IMG/VR virus record: IMGVR_UViG_3300020042_007960
Location: 1-34,190 of that record
From: a virus
Lineage: Duplodnaviria > Caudoviricetes
DNA length: 34,190 nt
Reading direction: 5' to 3' (one strand)
The notes below the pieces were generated by a model, which saw only the letters and a list, made by a program, of their open reading frames with translations, was not told where the DNA came from and searched no databases. Position numbers and translations under genes: made by a program. This document shows, piece after piece, positions 18,662 through 27,274 of this stretch (position 1 is its first letter; every line of letters begins with the position of its first letter).

Positions 18662-19321
18662 ATGCCCAATAGCGTAAAGCTAATTGCTATAACGCAACCG
18701 GTCGATAGTAATATGACTATTGAGGACTACATTGCATATGTTGCTCGGGTATCTAACCCGGGCAACCAGAACAATAAAACAACCACTAAAAAATTATTAA
18801 AATATCTTGCACGAGAAAAACACTGGTCACCATTCGAAATGGCGGATGTTGTGCTAGAAATTGAAGCAACTCGGGATATAGCACGCCAAATCTTACGACA
18901 TCGGAGCTTTTCATTTCAGGAATTTAGTCAGCGCTATGCTGACCCTACCGAATTAGGGTTTGATATTTCAGAAGCTCGTCTACAAGACACGGTAAACCGA
19001 CAAAATAGTATTGAATCAAGCGATGTGGAGTTGCACGAAAATTGGGACTTACGTCAGCAGATTGTTGTAAACTCAGCTAAAGCTGCTTATGACTGGGCTA
19101 TTGAACACGGTATTGCAAAAGAACAGGCGCGCAAAGTACTTCCTGAAGGACTTACAATGTCACGTATGTACATGAAAGGTTCAGTACGTAGCTGGATTCA
19201 TTATTGTGACCTGCGCATGGGTAACGGAACACAGAAAGAACACCGTGAGGTTGCTGCTTTGTGTTGGAATAAAATTTTAAATGTAATACCATCTTTAAAA
19301 GATGTGCTAGAGAAGGAGTAG
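18662..19321 (+). CDS. thyX: Flavin-dependent thymidylate synthase
   Basis: 'HWSPFE', 'RHRSFSFQEFSQRY', 'EQARKVLP', 'TQKEHR'. Confidence 0.96.
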   Translation: MPNSVKLIAITQPVDSNMTIEDYIAYVARVSNPGNQNNKTTTKKLLKYLAREKHWSPFEMADVVLEIEATRDIARQILRHRSFSFQEFSQRYADPTELGFDISEARLQDTVNRQNSIESSDVELHENWDLRQQIVVNSAKAAYDWAIEHGIAKEQARKVLPEGLTMSRMYMKGSVRSWIHYCDLRMGNGTQKEHREVAALCWNKILNVIPSLKDVLEKE

Positions 19322-19324
19322 AGT

Positions 19325-19933
19325 ATGCATGTAGAAGCGTGGAAGTGGGTTGAACACTCCTTCCGTAGAACAGGTGATAAAGCGGGTAAGGTCGCCGAAA
19401 TCGGCAGCTATGACCACAATGGAACCGCCCGCTCTTTGTTTGCACCAATCTCTTCAGAGTATGTGGGTGTAGACGTAATCAAGGGTAAGGGGGTCGATTT
19501 TGTTGGTAATCTTACTGACAAACCTGTGCTAGAAAAATTTAAAAATAAGTACGGGCTTTTTTCTACAGTAATCTCTACTGAAACACTAGAACATACACCG
19601 CCGATGCCAATCTTACGAGCAATGTTTTCTCTATTAGATACAGAACTTTCTGTTTGCAGAGTTATTTTAACCTGCGCTAATACACGGCGAACTCCGCACG
19701 GTCATGACGGCTTTGAAGTAAAAGAGGGTGAGTATTACGGTGGTGTTGATGAAAAAGAGTTATATCAAATGATTCTTTTTTGCTTAAAAGACTTAAGCAT
19801 TACTTGGGAAACGCACACTATTGACATCGAGATTCACTGGAATAATCCTACATCAGACAAAGATACCTACGCATACATTGAAATTGTTAAAAAAGAAGTT
19901 CCTATTGTACTCGGGGAGCTGATTGAGATATAA
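19325..19933 (+). CDS. Class I SAM-dependent methyltransferase
   Basis: 'VAEIGS', 'YVGVD...GVD', 'VISTETLEH'. Confidence 0.75.
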   Translation: MHVEAWKWVEHSFRRTGDKAGKVAEIGSYDHNGTARSLFAPISSEYVGVDVIKGKGVDFVGNLTDKPVLEKFKNKYGLFSTVISTETLEHTPPMPILRAMFSLLDTELSVCRVILTCANTRRTPHGHDGFEVKEGEYYGGVDEKELYQMILFCLKDLSITWETHTIDIEIHWNNPTSDKDTYAYIEIVKKEVPIVLGELIEI

Positions 19934-21354
19934 TGAACATACACGTCTTTCTTGTAAACTGGGACTCAGTGTACAACTCGGTATTACATACTGAGCAACA
20001 ACTTTTAGATATTGGGGTCAAGTACACAGTGCTTGACTCCGGTTCAGAAATAAAAGACCGCTTGAATTGGGAGTACATTGGTGATGTCAGATTTTATGGA
20101 CAGCTGTACGAAGCTTTAAAAAGGACTAACGACGAAGATTATATTATATTTATGCTTGGGGACGCTACATTTGATGACATAAGTTTATTACTAAAGCGAC
20201 TAGTCTTTATTAATAAATACTTAAATGTCGGTGTTTACGCGCCGTACTATACAAACTCACCCTGGAATTATCAGCAAACGTATTTAGAACCAATTGCTTT
20301 TGATACTTCACTAGTAATTGCCAGTCAGACTGACGGGATAGTGACAGCTTTTCATAAGTCGATATATACTGAATTACTAAACTATATGCACTACCTTGAT
20401 GAAAAAGTTGGCATACTTAATTTAAGAACTGGCTGGGGAATGGATTATGTATGGTGCGCAATCTCGGTTAGCCTAGGAAAATTTATTGTAAGAGACACTA
20501 GGGTAATAGGACAGCACCCACACGGTAGTAGCTATGACCACGGAAAAGCTTCTGAAGAAATGGCCCTTGTTATGGGTCTGTACTCGTCTTGGTCTAAAAA
20601 CCAAGAAAGCACAGAAGCTATATTTCAAAACATTCGTAGAAGAATGGGTTCAGACTCTCGAATAACCCCCTGGGTTTTTTACTGTAACTCAACACTATAC
20701 AAAGAAGTAAGCAACTTACCATATCATATTGTTTCTGTAAGCGATTCAAGATTACATAAAGTGAACAGCATAGTGAGTAGTGTAAACGCGAGCCGACTTG
20801 AAATCTCTTCTATAAATGCTTACAGTGAGCAAAGTCTAAGTGACTTCTACAAGAGAAATCCAGAGTTTTATGTAGCAGGTAATTGGTTTAGGCCCGGTGA
20901 GGTGGGTTGCTTTGCAAGTCATTATGAATTTTGGAAATATGTTAGGGATAATAAATTAGAGCACGCAATAATTTTTGAAGATGACTGTACACTGCACAAT
21001 AACTTTAACATCCGTAGCTCAATGTATATGGACGAAGTACCTAAGACGTTTGATATATTTAGTTTATTTGTGCACAGTAATCAGGCTACTAGATATACTC
21101 CTGAGCACCGGGTCACTAATCAAATTGCAAAGGGTTATCAGGACTGGTCAACACTTTGTTACGTAATTTCAGCGAAGGGCGCTCAAAAATTATGCTCTAT
21201 AGTTGAGCAGGGTGGCATGACTGAGCCAGTTGACTGGTTTATTTTTCGTAAAGGACACGCTGGAATTCTAGAAACTTACACACTATCCCCGGGAGAACCC
21301 CACTTAGTCGATATTGACGAGGGTTGTGTGCCATCTATAGATAGAAAGATATAA
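19933..21354 (+). CDS. Two-domain glycosyltransferase (GT-A-like N-terminus + GT25 C-terminus)
   Basis: C-terminal 'GEVGCFASH..FW', 'IIFEDD', 'YVISAKGAQKL', 'PVD'; N-terminal 'GWGMD'. Confidence 0.8.
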   Translation: MNIHVFLVNWDSVYNSVLHTEQQLLDIGVKYTVLDSGSEIKDRLNWEYIGDVRFYGQLYEALKRTNDEDYIIFMLGDATFDDISLLLKRLVFINKYLNVGVYAPYYTNSPWNYQQTYLEPIAFDTSLVIASQTDGIVTAFHKSIYTELLNYMHYLDEKVGILNLRTGWGMDYVWCAISVSLGKFIVRDTRVIGQHPHGSSYDHGKASEEMALVMGLYSSWSKNQESTEAIFQNIRRRMGSDSRITPWVFYCNSTLYKEVSNLPYHIVSVSDSRLHKVNSIVSSVNASRLEISSINAYSEQSLSDFYKRNPEFYVAGNWFRPGEVGCFASHYEFWKYVRDNKLEHAIIFEDDCTLHNNFNIRSSMYMDEVPKTFDIFSLFVHSNQATRYTPEHRVTNQIAKGYQDWSTLCYVISAKGAQKLCSIVEQGGMTEPVDWFIFRKGHAGILETYTLSPGEPHLVDIDEGCVPSIDRKI

Positions 21355-21358
21355 TTTA

Positions 21359-22006
21359 ATGCACTATATACCATATGTAAACTCGCCGGAATTATTAAAG
21401 AAGTCGTATCATTCAGCACGGTTTATGCAAGAAGTAACTATTATAGACAACAGGGGTTTGCTATCACCAATTGAAGACCCTAAAAAGTTTATTAAACTAT
21501 GTAAAGGACATAAAATTCGCAAGTTAGACATAAGTTTAACGACTGCTCAAATTATGAACTACATGCTTTTAGATAGTTATAAGCGCGGTGATAAGTTCTT
21601 TACCTGGCAGCACGGGGATGTTGAATACTCTCCAGAGCTGGGAAGAAATTTTGAAAAGTACGTTTACAGTCTAGAACGAGCTGACTGGGGTATTATATAC
21701 ACGAACCACGACTTAGTAGCTGCTTACAATGTACAAGCACTGATGCAGGTTTACGGCTGGGACCAGTACTCATTTCCGTATTACTTTCTAGATAATGATA
21801 TTGCCTGTCGCTTAGACTACGCCGGCTATAAAATGGTTGTTAAAGATTTCGGCGGTGATATTTCACATTATGCTTCTACAAGTATAAATGAGGATAGGTA
21901 CAGAGGACATATTAACGGACTGCTATTTCCTATCTGTAAGCAACTGCTAGATGAACGACACAATGGTCATGAAGTTATAAACATAGGAGAAAAGGATTTT
22001 ACTTGA
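21359..22006 (+). CDS. Putative GT2-like glycosyltransferase
   Basis: 'IPYVN', 'IIDN', 'HGDV', 'GWD...PYYFLDND...RL..AGY'. Confidence 0.65.
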   Translation: MHYIPYVNSPELLKKSYHSARFMQEVTIIDNRGLLSPIEDPKKFIKLCKGHKIRKLDISLTTAQIMNYMLLDSYKRGDKFFTWQHGDVEYSPELGRNFEKYVYSLERADWGIIYTNHDLVAAYNVQALMQVYGWDQYSFPYYFLDNDIACRLDYAGYKMVVKDFGGDISHYASTSINEDRYRGHINGLLFPICKQLLDERHNGHEVINIGEKDFT

Positions 22007-22031
22007 CTTCTACGCTAATGTATGTTATTAT
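22003..22031 (+). promoter_or_regulatory. Sigma70-type promoter
   Basis: TTGACT, 17 bp, TATTAT with a TGn extension. Confidence 0.6.
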
Positions 22032-22052
22032 TATTGAGTAAGGAGAAACCAA

Positions 22053-22175
22053 TTGGCTAAGAAACCGGCTAAGGACTACAAGTATGCAAAGGTAAAAGAC
22101 CCGCGCCCAAAAACTCACTCAGAACGAAAGGTAGAGAAATACAAAAAGTATGTTCAACAGACCGAAGAAGAGTAA
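22053..22175 (+). CDS. Small basic protein (40 aa, MAKKPAKDYKYAKVKD...)
   Basis: AAGGAG RBS and TTG start directly after the promoter; read manually. Confidence 0.55.
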   Translation: MAKKPAKDYKYAKVKDPRPKTHSERKVEKYKKYVQQTEEE

Positions 22176-22581
22176 ACACCCTAAGGACATTATTACAAAA
22201 ATCTACTTTACCCTAATTAAGGTGGATTACCCAAAACCATATGAAATTTCTGCAACAGGTCATTTTTGTACTGATAGTGGTGCATGTTCTTTTGACTGCA
22301 CTCTCTATGTTTCTCAAGTGTCTATCAATAACACTGTAACTGTATTTGGTAACATTCAACTCAACACACCGCTTACTTTTGGAAGCCCCGAAATCTCTGC
22401 ACAAAGCGTGCGAACCGGAATCAATTTTGATTTTCCTATGAATAAAAATTTGCGGGATATACCACACGCAATTGTATATGGCGTATTACAACATGGTACA
22501 CTAGATGAGGAGTGTGTAATTGACTATCAGACAGAACTTCTTGAAAAACTTTGGGAAATGGTGGACAAAGAAGATGCCTAG
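22150..22581 (+). CDS. Hypothetical protein
   Basis: 143-aa ORF in operon. Confidence 0.65.
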   Translation: MFNRPKKSKHPKDIITKIYFTLIKVDYPKPYEISATGHFCTDSGACSFDCTLYVSQVSINNTVTVFGNIQLNTPLTFGSPEISAQSVRTGINFDFPMNKNLRDIPHAIVYGVLQHGTLDEECVIDYQTELLEKLWEMVDKEDA

Positions 22582-22900
22582 AATTTTTAGCGTAACAAAT
22601 CTATTTACATTCAAAGACGAAGAAATTCCCGCGCAGTTTACATTTGATGTACCTGTAAAAGGAGACTACTACTTTATACAAGATGGCGAAGAAGTATTCT
22701 TGTATATTGAAGGCCGTACCGAAGCCGATACGTTTAAAGTAGAAGGCAGGCTTGTCGCCGAGGGTGACGACATTCCTGACCAATTTGAAACACAGACAAT
22801 ACTGTGTGCTTTACATGAGGAGGAATTGATATGGTATACCGTCGCGACAAAAGAACATGTGACTGTAACGAATGCAAACGAGTGGAAGAAGAAGTTCTAG
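22574..22900 (+). CDS. Hypothetical acidic protein
   Basis: ORF with start moved to ATG 22574, overlapping the upstream stop. Confidence 0.65.
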   Translation: MPRIFSVTNLFTFKDEEIPAQFTFDVPVKGDYYFIQDGEEVFLYIEGRTEADTFKVEGRLVAEGDDIPDQFETQTILCALHEEELIWYTVATKEHVTVTNANEWKKKF

Positions 22901-23010
22901 CAAAGCCACACTGGAGGCTTGACCTCGAGGATGCTTTAGGGCACCTAGGCTCTCTGACTATTTTTGTAGGAATACTACTTGGGTTTGGAAAGCTAATCAG
23001 TTTATTCTAG
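22882..23010 (+). CDS. Possible small membrane protein (42 aa)
   Basis: GTG-start ORF read manually, hydrophobic C-terminus; no strong RBS. Confidence 0.35.
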   Translation: MEEEVLAKPHWRLDLEDALGHLGSLTIFVGILLGFGKLISLF

Positions 23011-23021
23011 TTAGCAAACCA

Positions 23022-23087
23022 GAAATTTGAATTTCGATTTTTGAATTTTGAATTTTGAATTTTGATTTTTAGATTTTAAATTTTAGA
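23022..23087. repeat. Tandem heptamer repeat (TTTTGAA)n, degenerate
   Basis: ...ttttgaattttgaattttgaattttgatttttagattttaaattttaga. Confidence 0.85.
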
Positions 23088-23101
23088 AGGAATTTTATTT
23101 T

Positions 23102-23713
23102 ATGAAAACTACACTTGACATTATTTATTTTAACCCGGCCACTGAATCTGTTAAACTTCATTGGGCCGTAACAGGAATGCTTGCAAGAGCTTATGGAGCA
23201 CGGCACGCATACAGTGTTTTGCTTGATGAGGGTGCTATAGACGTGTACTTTACGGATACATCTTTTCAGGCTAGAGTTGGTTCTTTTAGTAAAGTTATCT
23301 GGGTTGATACTCGACCTGCTATCATGAAAGCAAACGATAATCTACCCTTTATACTTGTCTCAAATACTATAGGAGCAGATACAATACGTCTTATACTAAA
23401 TAAGCAACTAACTGATAAAAGTCTCGCCTCACTATACTATTCGGTCCTTTTAACATTAAATGAAACATCATTATACAAAAGCATCAATAGAGAAGTATGG
23501 AATGAATACAAGAAGATGTATCCAGACCTTGAACCAGACTTTCCTTGTGATTGCAAAGATTGTCAAGAACAAAAAGAAGAAAAAGAAATCGCCGCGCTTA
23601 TTCTACCTATAGTAAATCTATTAAAGAAAACAATAAGAGAACAGAAGAAAGGGAAGAAGGAACCAGAGAGCTGCGAGTGCAGTCGAGATGAGTATTGTAG
23701 CTGTCAGCCATGA
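23102..23713 (+). CDS. Hypothetical protein with Cys-rich C-terminus
   Basis: 203-aa ORF, AAGGA upstream; last + strand gene before the switch. Confidence 0.7.
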   Translation: MKTTLDIIYFNPATESVKLHWAVTGMLARAYGARHAYSVLLDEGAIDVYFTDTSFQARVGSFSKVIWVDTRPAIMKANDNLPFILVSNTIGADTIRLILNKQLTDKSLASLYYSVLLTLNETSLYKSINREVWNEYKKMYPDLEPDFPCDCKDCQEQKEEKEIAALILPIVNLLKKTIREQKKGKKEPESCECSRDEYCSCQP

Positions 23714-23716
23714 TAG

Positions 23717-23747
23717 TTATCCACAAGTTATCCACAATCTATACACA
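23717..23747 (+). promoter_or_regulatory. Tandem DnaA boxes
   Basis: TTATCCACA at 23717 and 23728; CTATACACA at 23739; 11-bp period. Confidence 0.75.
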
Positions 23748-23840
23748 ATTTAAGGGTTCCCTATCTATATAGAGAATACAGAGGGTTTCTGTTAACATAA
23801 TCGACAAGGTAAAGCAGGGGCAAAAAGCCCTTGAAGATGT

Positions 23841-23888
23841 ACACTATATCTAGTATACCTTTTCCCTATGCACCACTATATCTAGTAT
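23841..23888. promoter_or_regulatory. Tandem NrdR-box-like sites
   Basis: CACTATATCTAGTAT at 23842 and 23874, offset 32 bp; matches NrdR consensus acaCwAtATaTwGtg. Confidence 0.65.
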
Positions 23889-24234
23889 GCAAGAAAGAAA
23901 AAAAACCTCGAAGCTCCAAAAAGAACCAACTGGCCCCGGGAAAAAACTCTCGAGGCCTCAGTATTGCCCAAAAAAAAACTCTCGGAGGCTCAGTATAGGG
24001 CAGTAGTGGGGGTTCTTCGAGGAGCTATACGTTTTTCAAACGGGTGCGAAAGGCCCTCTAAAGTTCTAACTTGACATAATAACATTAGAATTACATTAGA
24101 ATATAAGTTAAAAAGTTTCCACTTGGTCTTCGCGTTATGTAGAAAAACGCACCAAACTACGCGCAAACGGGGCCAGGTTGACATAAGTGGACCAAGTAGG
24201 GGCTGTTTAGGGCGTCCTAATGCTCTAAAGTCTA

Positions 24235-24259
24235 GGGGGTAGGGGGTCCCCCTACCCCC
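24235..24259. repeat. G/C palindrome copy 1
   Basis: GGGGGTAGGGGG-T-CCCCCTACCCCC. Confidence 0.95.
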
Positions 24260-24275
24260 TGTAAAGCCTTTACAC

Positions 24276-24491
24276 CTACCCAGCGACCGAGTCGCTAGGT
24301 AGGGAGACCAGGAAAGACTTTGCACGTTGGATATGTGTAAAGCTATACACACGCCCCTTATACTCGATTACAATCTGTTCCTCATGACCTTCGTACTCTA
24401 CATCATAGAGAGAACAGTAAACAATAACCGCGCGGGCTTTCTCTGCACACTCTTGCAGCGTCATACCAAATCCTGTTTTAGTGTTTACCAT
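24276..24491 (-). CDS. Hypothetical protein
   Basis: 71-aa ORF, AAGGA RBS. Confidence 0.65.
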   Translation of the reverse strand: MVNTKTGFGMTLQECAEKARAVIVYCSLYDVEYEGHEEQIVIEYKGRVYSFTHIQRAKSFLVSLPSDSVAG

Positions 24492-24496
24492 TCTGT

Positions 24497-24736
24497 TTAT
24501 TCCTTTACACTATAACCGGCGTAAATCCTCTTCAATGACTCAAGCATCGTAGCCGTCACCATTGCACCGCCGATAGTGAACAGGTGACCATCAACGCCCA
24601 TGAAGTAGCAGACAGGTTCAGGGTAGTTTTCGTACCCGTTTTCAAAGTATGCAATATCCTTGCCGTCAATTACCACATTCTCGACAATTTTGGTGTACTC
24701 TGCACCACGCATCGCAACAATCTTATCACTCATCAT
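24497..24736 (-). CDS. Hypothetical protein
   Basis: 79-aa ORF, GAGG RBS. Confidence 0.7.
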   Translation of the reverse strand: MMSDKIVAMRGAEYTKIVENVVIDGKDIAYFENGYENYPEPVCYFMGVDGHLFTIGGAMVTATMLESLKRIYAGYSVKE

Positions 24737-24753
24737 AGTACAAGCCTCTTTCT

Positions 24754-24876
24754 TTACTTGCGGTCTGCAAGATTCTTAATAGCTTCAATCACGTTAACAC
24801 TAGCCAACAACAACAACACGAGTTTAAGCAGAGGAAGAAAAAACATCAAGAAAATAAAGACGTTTACTAAATTCAA
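24754..24876 (-). CDS. Small membrane protein (40 aa, MNLVNVFIFLMFFLPLLKL...)
   Basis: TTG start behind AAGGGGG; first gene after promoter P1; read manually. Confidence 0.55.
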   Translation of the reverse strand: MNLVNVFIFLMFFLPLLKLVLLLLASVNVIEAIKNLADRK

Positions 24877-24912
24877 TCACTTGTACCCCCTTTCGTTTAT
24901 TCCTACCTGTTT

Positions 24913-24958
24913 ATTATACCACGCTGGAGTACAAAGTAAAATGAGAGGATGATGAGCG
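24913..24958 (-). promoter_or_regulatory. Cassette promoter P1 (CTCTCAT boxes + TGGTATAAT)
   Basis: CGCTCAT-N4-CTCTCAT, 22 bp, TATAAT, then AAACAGGTAG leader. Confidence 0.8.
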
Positions 24959-24990
24959 GCGGAATTCTTTACAGGGTGTAAGGAGTTTTA

Positions 24991-25015
24991 GGGGGTAGGG
25001 GGTCCCCCTACCCCC
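24991..25015. repeat. G/C palindrome copy 2
   Basis: GGGGGTAGGGGG-T-CCCCCTACCCCC. Confidence 0.95.
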
Positions 25016-25025
25016 AGACATGAAG

Positions 25026-25058
25026 CCCCCAGTCTATTGACTGGGGGTCTTTTTTTTT
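25026..25058 (+). terminator. Intrinsic terminator-like hairpin with T tract on the + strand
   Basis: CCCCCAGTC-tatt-GACTGGGGG, then tc and T9. Confidence 0.7.
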
Positions 25059-25060
25059 AT

Positions 25061-25351
25061 TTAATATAATTCTTTAAAAGGCTCACGATTATCTTTATAC
25101 CAATCTTTTGCATACCGTTCCCACCACAGAATATAGGATTGCGCTAAATCATACATAGCCTTGTCATACTCATACTCGTCAAATATTTTATTGTCGTCAT
25201 ATTCAAGTACAGCGGCGGCATTATATAAGTGCAGCTTTTCCTGTAGAACAGCAAAACATTCACCGCCTTCAATCTCTACGTCAATAGTATGCTCATCACC
25301 ACCGCCATCAACAGCAGAGCCGACAACCGCTATCCAACGTTTATCAATCAT
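25061..25351 (-). CDS. Hypothetical protein
   Basis: 96-aa ORF, TAATG-coupled to the upstream gene. Confidence 0.7.
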   Translation of the reverse strand: MIDKRWIAVVGSAVDGGGDEHTIDVEIEGGECFAVLQEKLHLYNAAAVLEYDDNKIFDEYEYDKAMYDLAQSYILWWERYAKDWYKDNREPFKELY

Positions 25352-25605
25352 TAGAGAATACCTTTCTCTGGTTTCATATCGCCAAAGACTTCATTTGTCC
25401 AAGCCCACTTTCCAAACGAAACACCGTTCCATTCACCGAAGAGAGCCGAAGCTTCTGCGATACAGGTGGAGTCCATGACTTTGGAGTACCACTGTTGCGA
25501 GTTCTTAAAACGAACAATAATCTTGTTCGCCTCAACATCGTACCCAACAGCATCCACAGCAGACGACCGGTCGTCATTTACCTTCACAATAACAGTCTTG
25601 TTCAT
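25351..25605 (-). CDS. KTSC-domain-like protein
   Basis: 'SSAVDAVGYD.EANKIIVRFKNSQQWY...SFGKW' resembles the KTSC pattern; AAGGAG RBS. Confidence 0.6.
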   Translation of the reverse strand: MNKTVIVKVNDDRSSAVDAVGYDVEANKIIVRFKNSQQWYSKVMDSTCIAEASALFGEWNGVSFGKWAWTNEVFGDMKPEKGIL

Positions 25606-25628
25606 ACATTCTCCTTAATTAAGATTAC

Positions 25629-25850
25629 CTAGTAATTGTACCATACATTGTGTGGACTGTCAAGCTTGAGATACTTAATCTTGTACTCATCTAAGAACTT
25701 GACGACACCCTCATAACCACCCTGGTCAAACGCTTGAAAATATTCATTATCAAGGTCTTGGTTACTTACGTCTTCTGTGTCGACGATAATAAGCGGTACA
25801 TCATGGAGAATATACCCGCAGTTTTTATCCGCCGAAAAATACTGTAACAT
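25629..25850 (-). CDS. Hypothetical protein
   Basis: 73-aa ORF, TAATG coupling. Confidence 0.65.
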   Translation of the reverse strand: MLQYFSADKNCGYILHDVPLIIVDTEDVSNQDLDNEYFQAFDQGGYEGVVKFLDEYKIKYLKLDSPHNVWYNY

Positions 25851-26101
25851 TATTCTTCACCCTCTTCCTCTTCATCCTCTTCCTCAGAGCAGATACGCCC
25901 GTCTTCAAAGATGAGACCATCACGGACGCCACGGTCGTACATCTTGACCAGGTCTCGACACGTCTGAATAAAAGCCGGCAAATGTTCCTGCTCATACTCA
26001 TTGATAGATTCCTCCTGGTGAATGAGGTTATACAGCACATCATTGCATACATTCAAATCCTCAAGCGTGTTCTCAATCGCACAATAGCTCATAGTAGGCA
26101 T
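25850..26101 (-). CDS. Hypothetical protein with acidic tail
   Basis: AAGGAG RBS; 'MPTMSYCAIENTLEDL..C' N-terminus. Confidence 0.75.
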   Translation of the reverse strand: MPTMSYCAIENTLEDLNVCNDVLYNLIHQEESINEYEQEHLPAFIQTCRDLVKMYDRGVRDGLIFEDGRICSEEEDEEEEGEE

Positions 26102-26135
26102 TCGGTCACTCCTTCACTAAATCTCTTACCTATTA

Positions 26136-26180
26136 AGTATACCACAGCAGAAGACGAACTACATTAATGTTAGATGAGAG
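26136..26180 (-). promoter_or_regulatory. Cassette promoter P2
   Basis: CTCTCAT-N4-CATTAAT, 21 bp, TATACT preceded by TGG. Confidence 0.75.
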
Positions 26181-26184
26181 GCCT

Positions 26185-26209
26185 GGGGGTAGGGGGACCC
26201 CCTACCCCC
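26185..26209. repeat. G/C palindrome copy 3
   Basis: GGGGGTAGGGGG-A-CCCCCTACCCCC. Confidence 0.95.
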
Positions 26210-26223
26210 TACGCCCCGCCCCG

Positions 26224-26505
26224 TCAAGCCTCTTGAGACTTGACGAGGTAGAGGTTACCGCTGTTATAGGTCATAGAAAGCCCGTGCGCTTCTAGTTTAT
26301 AATTGAGCGTGCCCACCATATCATCGACGATATAGGCTAGGTGCTTAGAATCCATCAGGTCACTAACGGGCCACATAGGCTTGACGAATTGCTTAAGAAA
26401 AGCAAACATACTCCAGTTGCCTTCGTCGTACCCTAAATCTTCGCCGGTGAATACTTCTACTACTTCAGAATCAGAAAGTTCTAAAAGCTCTTCAAGACTC
26501 ATCAT
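26224..26505 (-). CDS. Hypothetical protein
   Basis: Start moved to ATG 26505 behind GGAGG. Confidence 0.7.
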   Translation of the reverse strand: MMSLEELLELSDSEVVEVFTGEDLGYDEGNWSMFAFLKQFVKPMWPVSDLMDSKHLAYIVDDMVGTLNYKLEAHGLSMTYNSGNLYLVKSQEA

Positions 26506-26506
26506 A

Positions 26507-26935
26507 CTATTTAGCCTCCACATCAAACATGCGATTAATCCAGCCAACAAGAGTCACCAACTTTGAAGCAGGTTCGTTCACCTGAAGCATTGCCGAAGCT
26601 ATCCAGAAAATTTTAGAATTCTCAGCGCTCAAGATATCCAGCTCCAACATTGAAGCAAGCATCATCCGCCGTGAGAATTCCCAGACTTCAGACTTTTCAA
26701 AAGAAGTATCGTGATGAATACCCGCATCATCTTCCATAGCGACGATATCATTGAGAAAAGCCTCAACCTCATCAATAACACTCAAGTCGTCAATAGCCGA
26801 ATCAAAGTCACTGTAGGCATCCTTGACGTTGTCAATAGCAGAGTCCAGACTGTCCAGCGCACGGCGCAAGTCACGCAACACATCATGCCCGATTGAAAGA
26901 TTGTCCGCACGTTCACGCAATTCTTGAAAGTTCAT
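26507..26935 (-). CDS. Hypothetical acidic coiled-coil protein
   Basis: AAGGA RBS; own promoter P3. Confidence 0.7.
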   Translation of the reverse strand: MNFQELRERADNLSIGHDVLRDLRRALDSLDSAIDNVKDAYSDFDSAIDDLSVIDEVEAFLNDIVAMEDDAGIHHDTSFEKSEVWEFSRRMMLASMLELDILSAENSKIFWIASAMLQVNEPASKLVTLVGWINRMFDVEAK

Positions 26936-26966
26936 TGTCATTCCTTCTACTTATTACTACTCATTC

Positions 26967-26995
26967 ATTATACCACCAACACAACCAGAAGTCAA
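26967..26995 (-). promoter_or_regulatory. Canonical promoter P3 (no CTCTCAT box)
   Basis: TTGACT, 17 bp, TATAAT preceded by TGG. Confidence 0.8.
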
Positions 26996-27243
26996 GCAAT
27001 TGTGAGCGGAGTTTTGAAGTGGCTAACTTTAGCCTTGTGTCGCAACTCGTACTCTACCTGCTCATCGTAAGGGATTTTTACCAGGTCATATGCGTACACA
27101 CTACCGGCTTCGGTCTCCCAGCCGAACACCATAGCCACGGGCGTTCCCGTGTGAACGTCACTAAGCAACTTAGCAGCCCAGCCCGTACCTTTGAGCAACG
27201 CCCAGTCGCCCTTCTTGAATCCCAACTTCTTAGCAGTAGTCAT
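26992..27243 (-). CDS. Hypothetical protein
   Basis: 83-aa ORF, GAGG RBS, own promoter P4. Confidence 0.75.
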   Translation of the reverse strand: MTTAKKLGFKKGDWALLKGTGWAAKLLSDVHTGTPVAMVFGWETEAGSVYAYDLVKIPYDEQVEYELRHKAKVSHFKTPLTIA

Positions 27244-27274
27244 TCTGTCCTCTTTCTTTTTCTCTTACCTGTTT

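Noticed and set aside
24071-24102. Promoter at TTGACA 24071
   Set aside because: No convincing -10 at 16-18 bp spacing and no + strand gene downstream
23990-24352. 120-aa minus-strand ORF
   Set aside because: Crosses palindrome 1, overlaps a better-supported gene, and has no RBS
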